From Actinomycetota bacterium (GTDB taxonomy: Bacteria; Actinomycetota; Actinomycetes; Nanopelagicales; Nanopelagicaceae): DNA of 64,000 bases. Where the stretch lies: the NCBI GenBank assembly GCA_046048255.1, contig JBJOGL010000001.1, forward strand, positions 68,850-132,849. Reading direction: 5' to 3'. The notes under the pieces are model-generated. The model did not search any database. It was given only the letters and a program-made list of their open reading frames with translations, and was not told where the DNA came from. The translations under genes were made by a program, and so were the position numbers. Of this stretch, positions 1 through 9,432 are shown piece after piece (position 1 is the first letter of the stretch; each line of letters starts with the position of its first letter).

Positions 1-185
1 GAGTCGACATTGGTATTGAGGGATGCCAAGAGGTCCTTCATTAGGTCATGTGTCAGCGGGCGAGGTGGCTGTACTCCCTGTTGTGCAAAGGCGATCGAAG
101 TTGCCTCCACCGCTCCCACCCATATTGGGAGGTAACGAGCCCCGCCAATTTCCTTGAGTAGAACAATAGGTTGGTTGGAAGGCAT
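1..185 (-). CDS. Bifunctional nuclease family protein (DUF151, Rv1829-like). N-terminal fragment; the gene runs off the window start.
   Basis: ATG at 185-183. My translation is MPSNQPIVLLKEIGGARYLPIWVGAVEATSIAFAQQGVQPPRPLTHDLMKDLL, a typical DUF151 N-terminus. Sits downstream of the MerR gene as in the mycobacterial garA-Rv1828-Rv1829 order. Confidence 0.6.
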   Translation of the reverse strand, partial: MPSNQPIVLLKEIGGARYLPIWVGAVEATSIAFAQQGVQPPRPLTHDLMKDLLASLNTNVD

Positions 186-223
186 CTCTACCCGAACACC
201 TATTACATCAAGGGCATGAAAAT

Positions 224-937
224 TCATCGGGCTCGATGGAGTCCGGTTCTTACCAAGGAAGCATGGAGTCGAATTGATAGTGAAGCAATCTCACGCGCTA
301 CCTCCTCGGCCCTGGCCTTCGAATCTGTATTTTTCTGTCGCAGGAGTGGAGTAATTACCTGCTCTACTAAACCAACTTCGCGATCAGCTGCCGCCTTAAA
401 TGCACGCAAATGTCTTCCTTCTATTCCAAAGGCTGCCAACTCTCCAACTACTTTTGCAACCATCAGCGCATCACCATCGAAATGTTTACCTCTCGCTTGA
501 ACCAACCCATAACTTTCAAGTTCGCTCAATTGTTCCTCATTTATTCCGGCGCTCTTCAATAACTCCTCGCGGGAAAGTCGCAAGTCGCTCTGTTCTGCAA
601 AGGCAGATGGAGAGACAGCAGCATCAACTGGAATCATCCTGGGCGTCGGAAGTACTCCGGGAGATTGAGAAGGCTCGAGACCCCTATCTAGGGCATCAAG
701 ATTCTCTTTGATTACTTTGAGCGGCAGATATTGATCTCTTTGCGCAAGCAACACATAGCGCAATCTCTCAAGATCTGGTGTTGTAAATTTACGGTAGCCA
801 GATGGAGTTCTTTGTGGCTCAATCAGACCTTCTGACTCAAGAAATCGTATCTTAGAAATGGTGATGTCTGGAAAATCTCCCCGCAACTTCGACAAAACTT
901 CACCAATACTTAAATAGGCTCGTGCGGGAACGCTCAT
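224..937 (-). CDS. ftsR: MerR-family transcriptional regulator (FtsR / Rv1828-like)
   Basis: N-terminal MerR HTH (LSIGEVLSKLRGDFPDITISKIRFLESEGLIEPQRTPSGYRKF). ATGA overlap with the upstream FHA gene. Conserved gcvH-garA-merR synteny. Confidence 0.8.
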   Translation of the reverse strand: MSVPARAYLSIGEVLSKLRGDFPDITISKIRFLESEGLIEPQRTPSGYRKFTTPDLERLRYVLLAQRDQYLPLKVIKENLDALDRGLEPSQSPGVLPTPRMIPVDAAVSPSAFAEQSDLRLSREELLKSAGINEEQLSELESYGLVQARGKHFDGDALMVAKVVGELAAFGIEGRHLRAFKAAADREVGLVEQVITPLLRQKNTDSKARAEEVAREIASLSIRLHASLVRTGLHRAR

Positions 938-1380
938 GATCTTACCTTTCCACCACTGAAGAAATGCATTCTGAATTTTCCAACTTGGAGCTCATCGCCA
1001 TCCGTTAACACCGCGCTCTCTACAAGGGCGCCGTTCAAATAAGTACCATTTAGGCTTCCCGAATCCTTGAGTGAAAATGTCTCTCTATTCCTAAAAATTT
1101 CGGCGTGCTTTCTCGAAACAGTGACATCATCCAAGAAGATTTCATTATCTGTAGCCCTACCAATTCGGGTCGCGTCAGAATTCAAAAGGAAGCGAGCTCC
1201 TTTATTGGGACCTATCAGCGAGACCAACATCGCAGAATCCGAGGCAAGACCATTGAGAACTTCCACTAACTCAGGGCCGGCATCTTGAATCAGTCCGGCG
1301 AGTGAGCTCTCCACAGATCTGAGAGCTGTTAGATGAATTGTGGTCGTCAGATCTTTCTGGTTATCCGCTGCAGCAACCAC
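934..1380 (-). CDS. garA: FHA-domain regulator, GarA/OdhI family
   Basis: C-terminal FHA domain (IGRATDNEIFLDDVTVSRKHAEIF...SLNGTYLNG). N-terminal Thr cluster DLTTTIHL resembles the ETTS phospho-motif. GTG start preceded by GGGAGGGAAA. Lies between gcvH and the MerR gene. Confidence 0.85.
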   Translation of the reverse strand: MVAAADNQKDLTTTIHLTALRSVESSLAGLIQDAGPELVEVLNGLASDSAMLVSLIGPNKGARFLLNSDATRIGRATDNEIFLDDVTVSRKHAEIFRNRETFSLKDSGSLNGTYLNGALVESAVLTDGDELQVGKFRMHFFSGGKVRS

Positions 1381-1441
1381 TTTCCCTCCCTAAACCTAAG
1401 GTTCCACTTCAGGCTCACCCTATGGTGGAGGTTTGGGTGAG

Positions 1442-1825
1442 TCAAGCCGTCAGAGCGCTATAAGAGTTGGGCGTTAATAACTCTGATAACTCTGAAGTTG
1501 AGGAGGCCTCAATTTCAAAGAGCCAGCCACTTCCATAGGGTTCGGAATTAATTTTCTCTGGAGCCGCATCAAGCTCACCGTTAACTGCCACTACCTTTCC
1601 GGAGAGCGGGGAGTAAATTTCTGAGACGCTTTTCGTCGACTCAACTTCTCCGCATACTTTGCCCGCTTGCAAAATATCTCCGACTTTTGGCATCTGGAGA
1701 TAAACGATGTCACCAAGAGCACCTTGTGCATAGTCAGTTATGCCAACTCTAAAGATCCCCGGCGATTTCTCTTCAATCCATTCATGTTCCTTGGTGTAAC
1801 TGAGATTACTTGGAACATTGCTCAT
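1442..1825 (-). CDS. gcvH: Glycine cleavage system protein H
   Basis: 127 aa with lipoyl-lysine motif (EVESTKSVSEIYSPLSGKV) and typical GcvH N-terminus (YTKEHEWI). Confidence 0.95.
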   Translation of the reverse strand: MSNVPSNLSYTKEHEWIEEKSPGIFRVGITDYAQGALGDIVYLQMPKVGDILQAGKVCGEVESTKSVSEIYSPLSGKVVAVNGELDAAPEKINSEPYGSGWLFEIEASSTSELSELLTPNSYSALTA

Positions 1826-1875
1826 CGAGGTACCTTCTTCCTTTCAGGCAATCTTTTGCAAGAGCGCCTTACCCG

Positions 1876-2427
1876 TTAATGAGAACCTAGCCGTAGGTTT
1901 GCAAGGCCAGTTCTAGCGTATTGAATACCAGTCCACAAATACAGACCAATCCCCCATCCGGCAAAAGCCCACCCAAAGATAAAGGCAATTTCTGCGATTT
2001 CATTATTCGATGAAAATGTAAGCAAAAGAAGTGGGAGCGCGTACAACAGATTGAATGTTGCCGCTTTGCCCAGATATGTGACCTTGAAGGGCGGAATCTC
2101 GGCACGCCTCATGAATATCAAAAGCAAGCCAAGAGCCAAATCTCGTAGGACGATGATGAGCAATAACCAAATCGGAACTACTCCGGAGAGAAACATCCCA
2201 ATGAGTACTGCCGCAATGTAAAGACGATCAACGGCGGGATCGAGCAATTCACCGAGCCGACTCTCCTGGTTAAGCGCTCTCGCCAACTTTCCGTCGAGAT
2301 AATCGGTTGCTCCCGCCAGCATCAAGGTAATGACCGCCAATGGGTAGTTCTCTCTCCAGATGAGGACTAGGAAGATCGGTATACCGAGAGCCCGTAAGAA
2401 GGTTAGAAGATTAGGCAGGGTCAGCAT
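1876..2427 (-). CDS. pgsA: CDP-alcohol phosphatidyltransferase (PgsA-type)
   Basis: Motif DYLDGKLARALNQESRLGELLDPAVDR plus multiple TM helices. I trimmed the start to the ATG at 2427 (MLTLPNLL...) because the longer ORF runs into the tRNA gene. Confidence 0.8.
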   Translation of the reverse strand: MLTLPNLLTFLRALGIPIFLVLIWRENYPLAVITLMLAGATDYLDGKLARALNQESRLGELLDPAVDRLYIAAVLIGMFLSGVVPIWLLLIIVLRDLALGLLLIFMRRAEIPPFKVTYLGKAATFNLLYALPLLLLTFSSNNEIAEIAFIFGWAFAGWGIGLYLWTGIQYARTGLANLRLGSH

Positions 2428-2457
2428 GCACTTCCCTTCATGTAAAGAGGTTATCTG

Positions 2458-2531
2458 TCGGGACGACAGGATTTGAACCTGCGACCACATGACCCCCAGC
2501 CATGTGCGCTACCAAGCTGCGCTACGTCCCG
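2458..2531 (-). tRNA. tRNA-Pro (anticodon GGG)
   Basis: Hand-folded cloverleaf on the minus strand: acceptor CGGGACG/CGTCCCG, D-arm GCGC-AGCTTGGTA-GCGC, anticodon loop CTGGGGG, T-arm GCAGG-TTCAAAT-CCTGT. Confidence 0.85.
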
Positions 2532-2565
2532 TGCCGAAATAGTACCTCGGGGGTAACGAGCTTTA

Positions 2566-4548
2566 TTATCGATCGCGAAGCCGAACCGAGATTCGAATTG
2601 GAGAACCAGAGAATCCAAACTCTTCTCTTAGACGTCTCTCGATAAAACGTCTATAGCTCGACTCGAGAAAATCGGTTGCAAATATGATGAATGTTGGCGG
2701 TTCGATTCCGGCTTGAGTTGCAAAGAGAATTTTGGGTTGTTTTCCACCCCGTACCGGCGGTGGTGTCGAACTCACGAGCTGACCTAAAAAGGCATTTAGG
2801 CGACCTGTTGGGACCCTAAATTCCCAACTTTGGAGGGCTCGTTCAACCGCTGGAATTAAGCGATCCTTATGCCAGCCCGTTTTGGCAGAGAGGTTTATCC
2901 GCTCCGCCCAGGCAACTTGATCAAAGTTTCGATCGACCTCCCGTTCCAGCTGGATTCGGCGATCGTCATCCAATAGATCCCATTTATTCATCACGATAAC
3001 GAGGGCCTTGCCAGCCTCCTCGGCCATGGAGATTATTCGCAAATCTTGTTCTGTCATTGGAACCGAGGCGTCTAGAACAATTACTACAACTTCCGTGTTC
3101 TCGATCGCTCGCTCTGTCCGCAGGGATGCGTAGTAATCCGTCCCACTTGCTTGATGCGCACGACGACGTATACCGGCTGTATCAACCAGTCGCCAAGTTT
3201 TTCCTTCTACCTCCACTAGCTCATCAATTGGATCCCTAGTCGTGCCTTCAGCATCATCAACAAGTGCTCGCATGCTCCCTGCGAATGAATTGAGCAAACT
3301 GCTCTTTCCAACGTTTGGACGCCCCACGATTGCAATCTTTCGGAATCCGTCAGAGATTTGTCCTTTACCTACCTCAGGTAACCTCTCAACAATTTTGTCC
3401 AATAGATCACCTGAACCACGACCGTGGGCAGCAGAAACAAAGTGAGGCTCTCCTAAACCAATATTCCAAAGCTGGTGTGCATCAAGTTCATCTCGCTCAG
3501 AATCAACTTTATTGGCTATTAACATCACGTCGATCTTGCTTTTGCGAAGAATTCCAACCAGCTCTTCATCTTCACTTTGAGCTCCGACATGTGAATCTAC
3601 AACGAAGAGAATCAAATCAGCTTCGCCAATAGCGCTCTGCGCCGCATCAGAAATTTTCAGAGCTATACCTTCGGCGCTAGGTTCCCAGCCACCAGTATCC
3701 ATAAGCGTGAATCGTTTTCCGTTCCACTCAGCATCATATTTGACGCGATCTCGAGTGACCCCAGGCGTATCCTCAATAATCGCTTCTCTGCCACCGATTA
3801 TTCGATTTACCAGAGTGGACTTTCCGACGTTTGGTCTGCCAATCACCGCAACAATTGGCAACCCAAGAAGTGAACGCTGTTTCAGAATGTTCCAGATATA
3901 TTCGATCGTCTCTTCTAAACTCAAATGCGTGGAATCAACCAGAATTGAGTCGGTCGACCTTTTCAACGGCGAGACCTCCCGTGAGCTGTCAACTGCATCG
4001 CGAGTCGCAAGACTTTCAGCGACCGATGAGTCAGCTCTTCGCTCAACTCTCAAACTTTCCAGCTCGTTTTCGCGACGTCTTGCTCTGGCCTCAATATCTG
4101 CTTGAAGATATATCTTGAGCTGAGCTTCAGGCGCTACAACAGTTCCAATGTCTCTTCCCTCGACAACAATTCCTTTTTTAGCCTTAGCAATAATCTCCCG
4201 CTGCAAGACAAGAAGTGCTTTGCGAAGTTCTGGCCAGGCGCTTATACGACTTACGTTTTCTGTAATGACCTCTTCTCGAATATCTTTTGACAGATCTTTG
4301 CTTCCAATGAAAACTTTAGGATCTTTTGGATTAGTGCTAAATGAAATTTTATGCCTATCGAGCTCTTCAATAAGTGCGCCAGCATTTTCTAAGTTCTTCT
4401 CTAAGCTCATCCAGGTTGCCGCGCGATAAAGTGCTCCAGTATCGAGGTACTCCCATCCAGCACGCTCTGCAATTCCTTTTGCCGTCGAGGATTTTCCAGC
4501 TCCACTAGGTCCATCCATCGCAACAACAACTTGATTCCGAGTAATCAT
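2566..4548 (-). CDS. der: Fused cytidylate kinase / GTPase Der (EngA)
   Basis: N-terminal about 225 aa is Cmk ([26 protein letters not shown]). The remainder is Der with two GTPase domains ([13 protein letters not shown] twice-type P-loops, DTGG/DTAG, NKVD/NKWD) and a KH-like tail. One uninterrupted frame. Start set at the ATG that makes an ATGA overlap with the tyrA stop; the ORF track allows 4566. Confidence 0.9.
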   Translation of the reverse strand: MITRNQVVVAMDGPSGAGKSSTAKGIAERAGWEYLDTGALYRAATWMSLEKNLENAGALIEELDRHKISFSTNPKDPKVFIGSKDLSKDIREEVITENVSRISAWPELRKALLVLQREIIAKAKKGIVVEGRDIGTVVAPEAQLKIYLQADIEARARRRENELESLRVERRADSSVAESLATRDAVDSSREVSPLKRSTDSILVDSTHLSLEETIEYIWNILKQRSLLGLPIVAVIGRPNVGKSTLVNRIIGGREAIIEDTPGVTRDRVKYDAEWNGKRFTLMDTGGWEPSAEGIALKISDAAQSAIGEADLILFVVDSHVGAQSEDEELVGILRKSKIDVMLIANKVDSERDELDAHQLWNIGLGEPHFVSAAHGRGSGDLLDKIVERLPEVGKGQISDGFRKIAIVGRPNVGKSSLLNSFAGSMRALVDDAEGTTRDPIDELVEVEGKTWRLVDTAGIRRRAHQASGTDYYASLRTERAIENTEVVVIVLDASVPMTEQDLRIISMAEEAGKALVIVMNKWDLLDDDRRIQLEREVDRNFDQVAWAERINLSAKTGWHKDRLIPAVERALQSWEFRVPTGRLNAFLGQLVSSTPPPVRGGKQPKILFATQAGIEPPTFIIFATDFLESSYRRFIERRLREEFGFSGSPIRISVRLRDR

Positions 4549-5612
4549 TGGAGATACACAGTCCATCCAGATTGAGTTAGGTGAGTATGCAATCTCACTG
4601 CATCGTCTTTTGATAGAGAAAGTCGAATCAAACCACTCTCCTGGCGCGGCGAATGCTCCAAGGACAAGTCTTCAACATTTGCAGAAATTGCAGCACACTC
4701 GTTGAATAGCGCTCCGAGTTGTCCTGGTTTATCTTCGATGATTACATTCAAATATGAATACTCACGGGGTCGGGCCCCATGCTTGCCGCTCAATCTTGCC
4801 TGTACTTGATTCGCTCGTGCAAAGATCGCAACTAATTTGGTCGCGTCTCCTTTTGTTAGAGAATCTTGGATTTCATCGATTTGTGTGTGAAGATTTTTTA
4901 GCGAGCTAATAACTTCTTGTGAATTCGACAGGAGTATCTCGCTCCACAAGCTCCCATCCGAGGCAGCCAAACGCAACATATCGCGCAGACCCTGACCGGA
5001 AATCTCTATCGCACTACCAACCTGATCAAGTGAAGAGGCTAGGGCGGTACTTAGAATCTGTGGTAAGTGAGAAACTCGAGCCAGCAAAAAATCGTGCTCG
5101 GATGGGCTCATTCGATAGGGCGTAGCTCCCATCACCTTTATGAAATCTTCCACGTGTGCGATGGCATCTTGGTTAACATGAGCTCCAGAAGTAACTATCC
5201 AAGCTCGACCATCGAAGAGATCACTTCTTGCCGATTGCGGGCCATGCACCTCGCGCCCAGCTATCGGATGTGTCCCTATAAAGCGCTCTCTTAAACCCGA
5301 TATGTCATCGACTTCAAGTTGAAGTTTAGTTTTAGTACTAGCTACGTCTATAAATACAGCGCTTGGGTTCGTTTTGAACTCGGCTTTCAGAGCTGGAATG
5401 ACTTCGTTCGGAGGCGTTGCAATAACAACTAGAGTCGAGGTGAAAAGTTCGGAAGAAACTTCCGCTGTATTGCGCAGCAAGTCATTCGCGATGCCACTAT
5501 TGGTGCTATCCAAATCAGATATGGAAACTTTCCACCCAAATTCACGTAACCTGAGGGCGATGGATGTTCCTATGAGCCCCGCTCCCACGATACGGGCCTC
5601 TCTCTGATTCAT
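4545..5612 (-). CDS. tyrA: Prephenate dehydrogenase with C-terminal ACT domain
   Basis: N-terminal Rossmann motif [12 protein letters not shown], a central PDH domain (HPIAGRE) and an ACT-like C-terminus. ATGA overlap with aroH. Confidence 0.9.
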   Translation of the reverse strand: MNQREARIVGAGLIGTSIALRLREFGWKVSISDLDSTNSGIANDLLRNTAEVSSELFTSTLVVIATPPNEVIPALKAEFKTNPSAVFIDVASTKTKLQLEVDDISGLRERFIGTHPIAGREVHGPQSARSDLFDGRAWIVTSGAHVNQDAIAHVEDFIKVMGATPYRMSPSEHDFLLARVSHLPQILSTALASSLDQVGSAIEISGQGLRDMLRLAASDGSLWSEILLSNSQEVISSLKNLHTQIDEIQDSLTKGDATKLVAIFARANQVQARLSGKHGARPREYSYLNVIIEDKPGQLGALFNECAAISANVEDLSLEHSPRQESGLIRLSLSKDDAVRLHTHLTQSGWTVYLQ

Positions 5613-5971
5613 TGCGCGAGATCTTTACGTAGAACTGAGGTACCGCGCAGGTAGATGTGATTGACCTGCTTCTGGTTTCGAGTGGTCTCGCAATGGACCA
5701 ATACCCTGATGGTTCGAGGAAGACTATTGGGAACCGGAATCTCAGTTGAGCAGAGGAGCGGCACATCACCTAGCCCCATAGCCCTCGCAGATGCTGCAGG
5801 AAAATCCGAGGTGAGATCCTGCGTCACCGTAAAGATAACCGAAACCAAATCCTCACTGCTTAAACCATTAACTCGCATTAACTCACTCATTAACTCAACA
5901 ACTGCATCGCGCATCAAATTGGCATCGTCCAAGTCAATCTGGGTGGCTCCCCTGATTCCGCGGATACTCAT
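5609..5971 (-). CDS. aroH: Chorismate mutase, AroH class
   Basis: MSIRGIRGATQ... N-terminus and about 120 aa length are typical of the AroH class. ATG at 5971 preferred over the upstream TTG at 5977. Confidence 0.85.
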   Translation of the reverse strand: MSIRGIRGATQIDLDDANLMRDAVVELMSELMRVNGLSSEDLVSVIFTVTQDLTSDFPAASARAMGLGDVPLLCSTEIPVPNSLPRTIRVLVHCETTRNQKQVNHIYLRGTSVLRKDLAQ

Positions 5972-6074
5972 TGGCAAAGTTTACTTTCGCTGAAGAGAAA
6001 AACCGGGAAGGTTTATTTACTGTTTTAACGTTTTGCCCATAAGTTGATTTTCATGTCTTGAAGGTCACCTCGAT

Positions 6075-6166
6075 CAATTGTCGACAATTGCAGCCAGAGA
6101 TCCGTTTCCTGATTAATGTCGACAAATCTCTTTAAACTAGGGATTTCGTGCTGATATTTGTCGATA
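6075..6166. promoter_or_regulatory. Three copies of a TTGTCGACAA-type palindrome (candidate operator array) in the aroH-upstream gap
   Basis: CAATTGTCGACAATTG is a perfect 16-bp palindrome at 6075-6090. aaTGTCGACAaa has its core at 6117-6124. ttTGTCGAtAaa has its core at 6159-6166. Centre spacing is 38 and 42 bp. Confidence 0.35.
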
Positions 6167-6240
6167 AAACGCTTTTGATTCGGAGCGATAAATAGAGGTT
6201 TATTGTTAAATCGACTTTAATGAATTACCAATTTATATAT

Positions 6241-6954
6241 TTATTGATAAGTCGTTTCAACGCTAGATAGATATCTCCATTTACCGGGTTTCAGCTCCCC
6301 TAAGTGAATTCTGCCAACGCGAACTCTCTTTAGGGCAAGGACAGTTAAATTCTGGCTGGCGGCCATTCGTCTGACGATCTGATTACGCCCCTCGTGAATC
6401 TCAAGTTCAAAACCTCCTGGGATAGATCTCACCGATTCACCTTTGGCTAACCCATCGGCTAAGCGCACCCCTTTTTTAAGATTAACCAGAGCATGACGCG
6501 AGACTGGTTCTTCAACAAAAACCTGATAGCTCTTGACCGCACCCTTTGAGGGATGGCTCATGGCCTGTGACCATTCACCATCATTGGTAAGGAGAATTAA
6601 GCCTTCGCTCTCCTTATCGAGGCGTCCCACATGAAAGAGCCTCTCTGAACGATCAAGAAAATAGTCGCCTATGCAGTTGCGGCCTCTCTCGTCAATCATG
6701 GTAGACAAAACTCCTCTTGGTTTATAAAACGCGATATAGGTTTTAGAAGATTGCGCTATAACATCCTTACCTTCAACCTGAACTTTATCTTTTATCGGGT
6801 TTATTTTCGTCCCGAGTGTGGTGACAATCTTTCCATTTACCTTGACGCGACCATCTTGAATTAGTTCTTCCGATTTTCGGCGACTGGCCACCCCAGCATC
6901 AGCAAGATATTTCTGAAGTCTGATCTCGCCCATCTCCCAAGTGTAGGGCTTCAA
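6241..6954 (-). CDS. rluB: 23S rRNA pseudouridine synthase, RluB/RsuA family
   Basis: S4 domain (RLQKYLADAGVASRRKSEELIQDGRVKVNG) followed by a catalytic HVGRLDKESEGL motif. Start uncertain: TTG at 6954 or ATG at 6933. Confidence 0.85.
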   Translation of the reverse strand: MKPYTWEMGEIRLQKYLADAGVASRRKSEELIQDGRVKVNGKIVTTLGTKINPIKDKVQVEGKDVIAQSSKTYIAFYKPRGVLSTMIDERGRNCIGDYFLDRSERLFHVGRLDKESEGLILLTNDGEWSQAMSHPSKGAVKSYQVFVEEPVSRHALVNLKKGVRLADGLAKGESVRSIPGGFELEIHEGRNQIVRRMAASQNLTVLALKRVRVGRIHLGELKPGKWRYLSSVETTYQ

Positions 6955-6991
6955 TTCAAAGCAGGATTCCGATGTTGATCGGATAGAGCCC

Positions 6992-7549
6992 TTAATCGGA
7001 TAGTGAAGCGATTACCTCATCTAAGCCATCAACATCCGGTAAAAACGGCGCCAGGGCAGGTAGATCCTCGACTCTATTGAGTCCTATCCGTTCTAGAAAA
7101 TACGAAGTCGTTCGATAAAGGATTGCACCGGTCTCGTGCTCGACACCGCACTCCTCGACCAATCCCCTATTTACCAGCGTCTTCATTACCGCTTCGACGT
7201 TTACACCACGGATGGCCGAGACGCGGGCTCGTGAAATCGGTTGACGATAGGCGATGACCGCAAGGGTTTCTAAGGCAGCCTGGGTGAGTTTGGCCTGTTG
7301 TCCATCGAGGACAAATTTCTCCACCAATGGAGCTAGATCTGGATGGCTGTAGAAACGCCAACCTCCGGAAATCTGCTTTAGTTCAAAACCTCGCTGCTCA
7401 GCGGCATATGCTACAGAGAGCTTGTTGAGCGCCTCTATGACCTCTTCGGTTGGGCGTTCGATGATTTGGGCCAGAACAACCTCCGATAGGGGCTCTTCGA
7501 CCACCATAAGAATCGCCTCGATCGAACGTTCTAGTTCTCGGTCAGACAT
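6992..7549 (-). CDS. scpB: Segregation and condensation protein B
   Basis: 185 aa with ScpB winged-helix repeats (AALETLAVIAYRQPISRARVSAIRGV). Overlaps the scpA stop by 8 nt. Confidence 0.9.
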   Translation of the reverse strand: MSDRELERSIEAILMVVEEPLSEVVLAQIIERPTEEVIEALNKLSVAYAAEQRGFELKQISGGWRFYSHPDLAPLVEKFVLDGQQAKLTQAALETLAVIAYRQPISRARVSAIRGVNVEAVMKTLVNRGLVEECGVEHETGAILYRTTSYFLERIGLNRVEDLPALAPFLPDVDGLDEVIASLSD

Positions 7550-8444
7550 CGCTCTCCTCGCTTTCGTTCTTCACAGGTAAATCGAATTCCTCTCCAACGG
7601 AAATCTCGCCACTTTCGCTTCCGGTCCACGTGATCTGCAGCTCGCCGAGAGCTACGACCTGCTCAAATCGGATCTGTGCTTCTCGATACAACTCGAGTAG
7701 CGCCAAGAACCGCGCCACTACAACCAGGGCGTTCGGGGCATCAGCCACTATCGCACGGAAAGTCATGCTTTTCTGACGCCTTAAGAGCCCAACTACATGG
7801 TTTGCCTCCGCGGCAACGCTGACCATCGGTAAGTGAAGGTGGGCGGTGGAAAGCGTTGGAGAGGTCCTCGGCGTGAGGACTCGATTGGCGATTGCGGCAA
7901 AGCGCTCTGGGCTTACGCCGATCAAGACCTCCGGGAGTAGCGTTGCGAAGGTCGCATCGAGGGCTACGCTCCGCGCGAAAGTTCGCTCCTGGATTTCAAT
8001 TCGATGCTCAAGGATTGATGCGACCTCCTTAAAGGCGCGATATTGAAGGAGCCTTGCAAACAACAAGTCTCGAGCCTCAAGAAGAGCCAGATCCGCCTCA
8101 TCATCAATTTCGCCTGAGGGTAATAAGCGCGCCGCTTTAAGATCAAGAAGCGTTGCTGCCACAACTAGGAATTCGGTCGCATGATCTAGTTGCCAACCCT
8201 CTTCGGTCTCTTCAAGAGCCTTAATGTGAGCAATGAATTCATCAGTTACGGTGGCGATTGCCACTTCAGTGATATCCATCTTGTGCCTCGAAATGAGTTG
8301 CAGGAGGAGATCGAATGGCCCATCAAAATTAGCTAAAGTCACTGAAAAGCCGCTAATTCGCCCCTCTCCTTGATAAGAAGAGCCAGCTTCAGAGTTAACT
8401 GAACCTAAAGTTTTACTTGAGAGTTCAGTATTTTGAGTTTCCAT
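7542..8444 (-). CDS. scpA: Segregation and condensation protein A (kleisin)
   Basis: FDGPFDLLLQLISRHKMDITEVAIATVTDEF motif, typical of ScpA. Adjacent to scpB. Confidence 0.9.
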   Translation of the reverse strand: METQNTELSSKTLGSVNSEAGSSYQGEGRISGFSVTLANFDGPFDLLLQLISRHKMDITEVAIATVTDEFIAHIKALEETEEGWQLDHATEFLVVAATLLDLKAARLLPSGEIDDEADLALLEARDLLFARLLQYRAFKEVASILEHRIEIQERTFARSVALDATFATLLPEVLIGVSPERFAAIANRVLTPRTSPTLSTAHLHLPMVSVAAEANHVVGLLRRQKSMTFRAIVADAPNALVVVARFLALLELYREAQIRFEQVVALGELQITWTGSESGEISVGEEFDLPVKNESEESDV

Positions 8445-8505
8445 GACTTGCTAACTCTACGCGTGTCGCTCCAAGATTTCGAACCAATCTGATTAAAGTC
8501 GCACC

Positions 8506-9432
8506 ATGGCAAAAAGTGCTTCAGAGATTTCTCGTTTGAACGCTAAATCGACAATTAAAGGCGTTTCAAAGAGTGAGAGCGAAATTGTAACTACTTCTTC
8601 GGTATTAAATCGACCTACTCCAATTTTTCCCGAGCCAGCACCACTGACATCTCATGGAGATGCGCGAATCATCTCAGTTGTTAATCAGAAGGGTGGAGTT
8701 GGCAAAACCACTACAACCATAAATCTCGGCGCAGCTTTTGCCGAGTTAGGAAGAAGAGTCCTCTTAGTTGATTTCGATCCACAACACTCACTTTCAGTTG
8801 GACTAAATGTTTCAACAAGAGAGATTGAAGGCTCCATCTACGACCTAATGATGGATGAGTCAACAAAGATTGATGATTTTCTACTAAAGACCAGCGTTCC
8901 CGGAATGGACATGATTCCCGCTCATGAAAATCTCGCTGGCGCTGAGGGCGGATTAGTAAACGTGATTGCTCGCGAGAAGATTCTCAAGCGAGTTCTGCAA
9001 CCCGTTCTTGATTTTTACGATGTGATTCTTATTGATTGCCAGCCATCGTTAGGCTTGTTAACCGTAAACGCCTTGACGGCCTCTCATTGGGTTCTAGTAC
9101 CACTCGAGTGTGAATATTTTGCGCTTCGCGGTGTTGCACTTTTAGATGACATCATCAAAAAGGTTCAAGTCAACACTAATCCGGATCTACAGCTGCTTGG
9201 AATTTTGCCTACTATGTTTGATCGCAAGACCGTCCATAGTCGAGAAGTTCTAGAACGGATTAGCGAAGCTTTTCCAAATAAGATCTGTGATACCACAATT
9301 GCGCGTACCGTTCGTTTCCCTGAAACTACTGTGGCCGGTGAACCGATTACTTCTTATGCAAGTTCTTCAATTGGTGCGGCCTCTTATCGCCGATTGGCAC
9401 GTGAATTGATTTCAAATGGAGGTGTCCGATGA
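8506..9432 (+). CDS. ParA/Soj-family ATPase (orphan ParA-like; Rv1708/PldP-like) with an N-terminal extension of about 55 aa
   Basis: Deviant Walker A NQKGGVGKTTTTINLG, then LLVDFDPQ, and a ParA-type C-terminus. Divergent from scpA. Confidence 0.9.
   Translation: MAKSASEISRLNAKSTIKGVSKSESEIVTTSSVLNRPTPIFPEPAPLTSHGDARIISVVNQKGGVGKTTTTINLGAAFAELGRRVLLVDFDPQHSLSVGLNVSTREIEGSIYDLMMDESTKIDDFLLKTSVPGMDMIPAHENLAGAEGGLVNVIAREKILKRVLQPVLDFYDVILIDCQPSLGLLTVNALTASHWVLVPLECEYFALRGVALLDDIIKKVQVNTNPDLQLLGILPTMFDRKTVHSREVLERISEAFPNKICDTTIARTVRFPETTVAGEPITSYASSSIGAASYRRLARELISNGGVR

Noticed and set aside
1395-1441. A CTCACCC-N14-GGGTGAG inverted repeat just downstream of gcvH, considered as a terminator.
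   Set aside because: It is not followed by a U-tract on the minus strand, and the garA Shine-Dalgarno and GTG start follow immediately. At most it is an mRNA-stabilising hairpin.
2428-2490. An N-terminal extension of the pgsA ORF (MWSQVQILSSRQITSLHEGKC) overlapping tRNA-Pro.
   Set aside because: The extension is the reverse reading of the tRNA gene. A proper ATG with a GAAGGGAAG Shine-Dalgarno lies at 2427.
6000-6055. A possible 9-codon leader peptide (MKINLWAKR, minus strand) followed by a short AACC/GGTT hairpin and a T-run upstream of aroH. I considered it as an aromatic amino-acid attenuator.
   Set aside because: It has only one aromatic codon. The hairpin is 4 bp and far too weak for a terminator, and there is no alternative antiterminator pairing. 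It is not supportable from sequence alone.
8465-8500. A tRNA-like T-arm (AGATT-GGTTCGA-AATCT on the minus strand) in the scpA/parA-like divergent gap.
   Set aside because: I could not build a matching acceptor stem, D-arm or anticodon arm. The 5' part would have to lie inside the parA-like coding sequence. It is most likely a chance hairpin in a promoter region.
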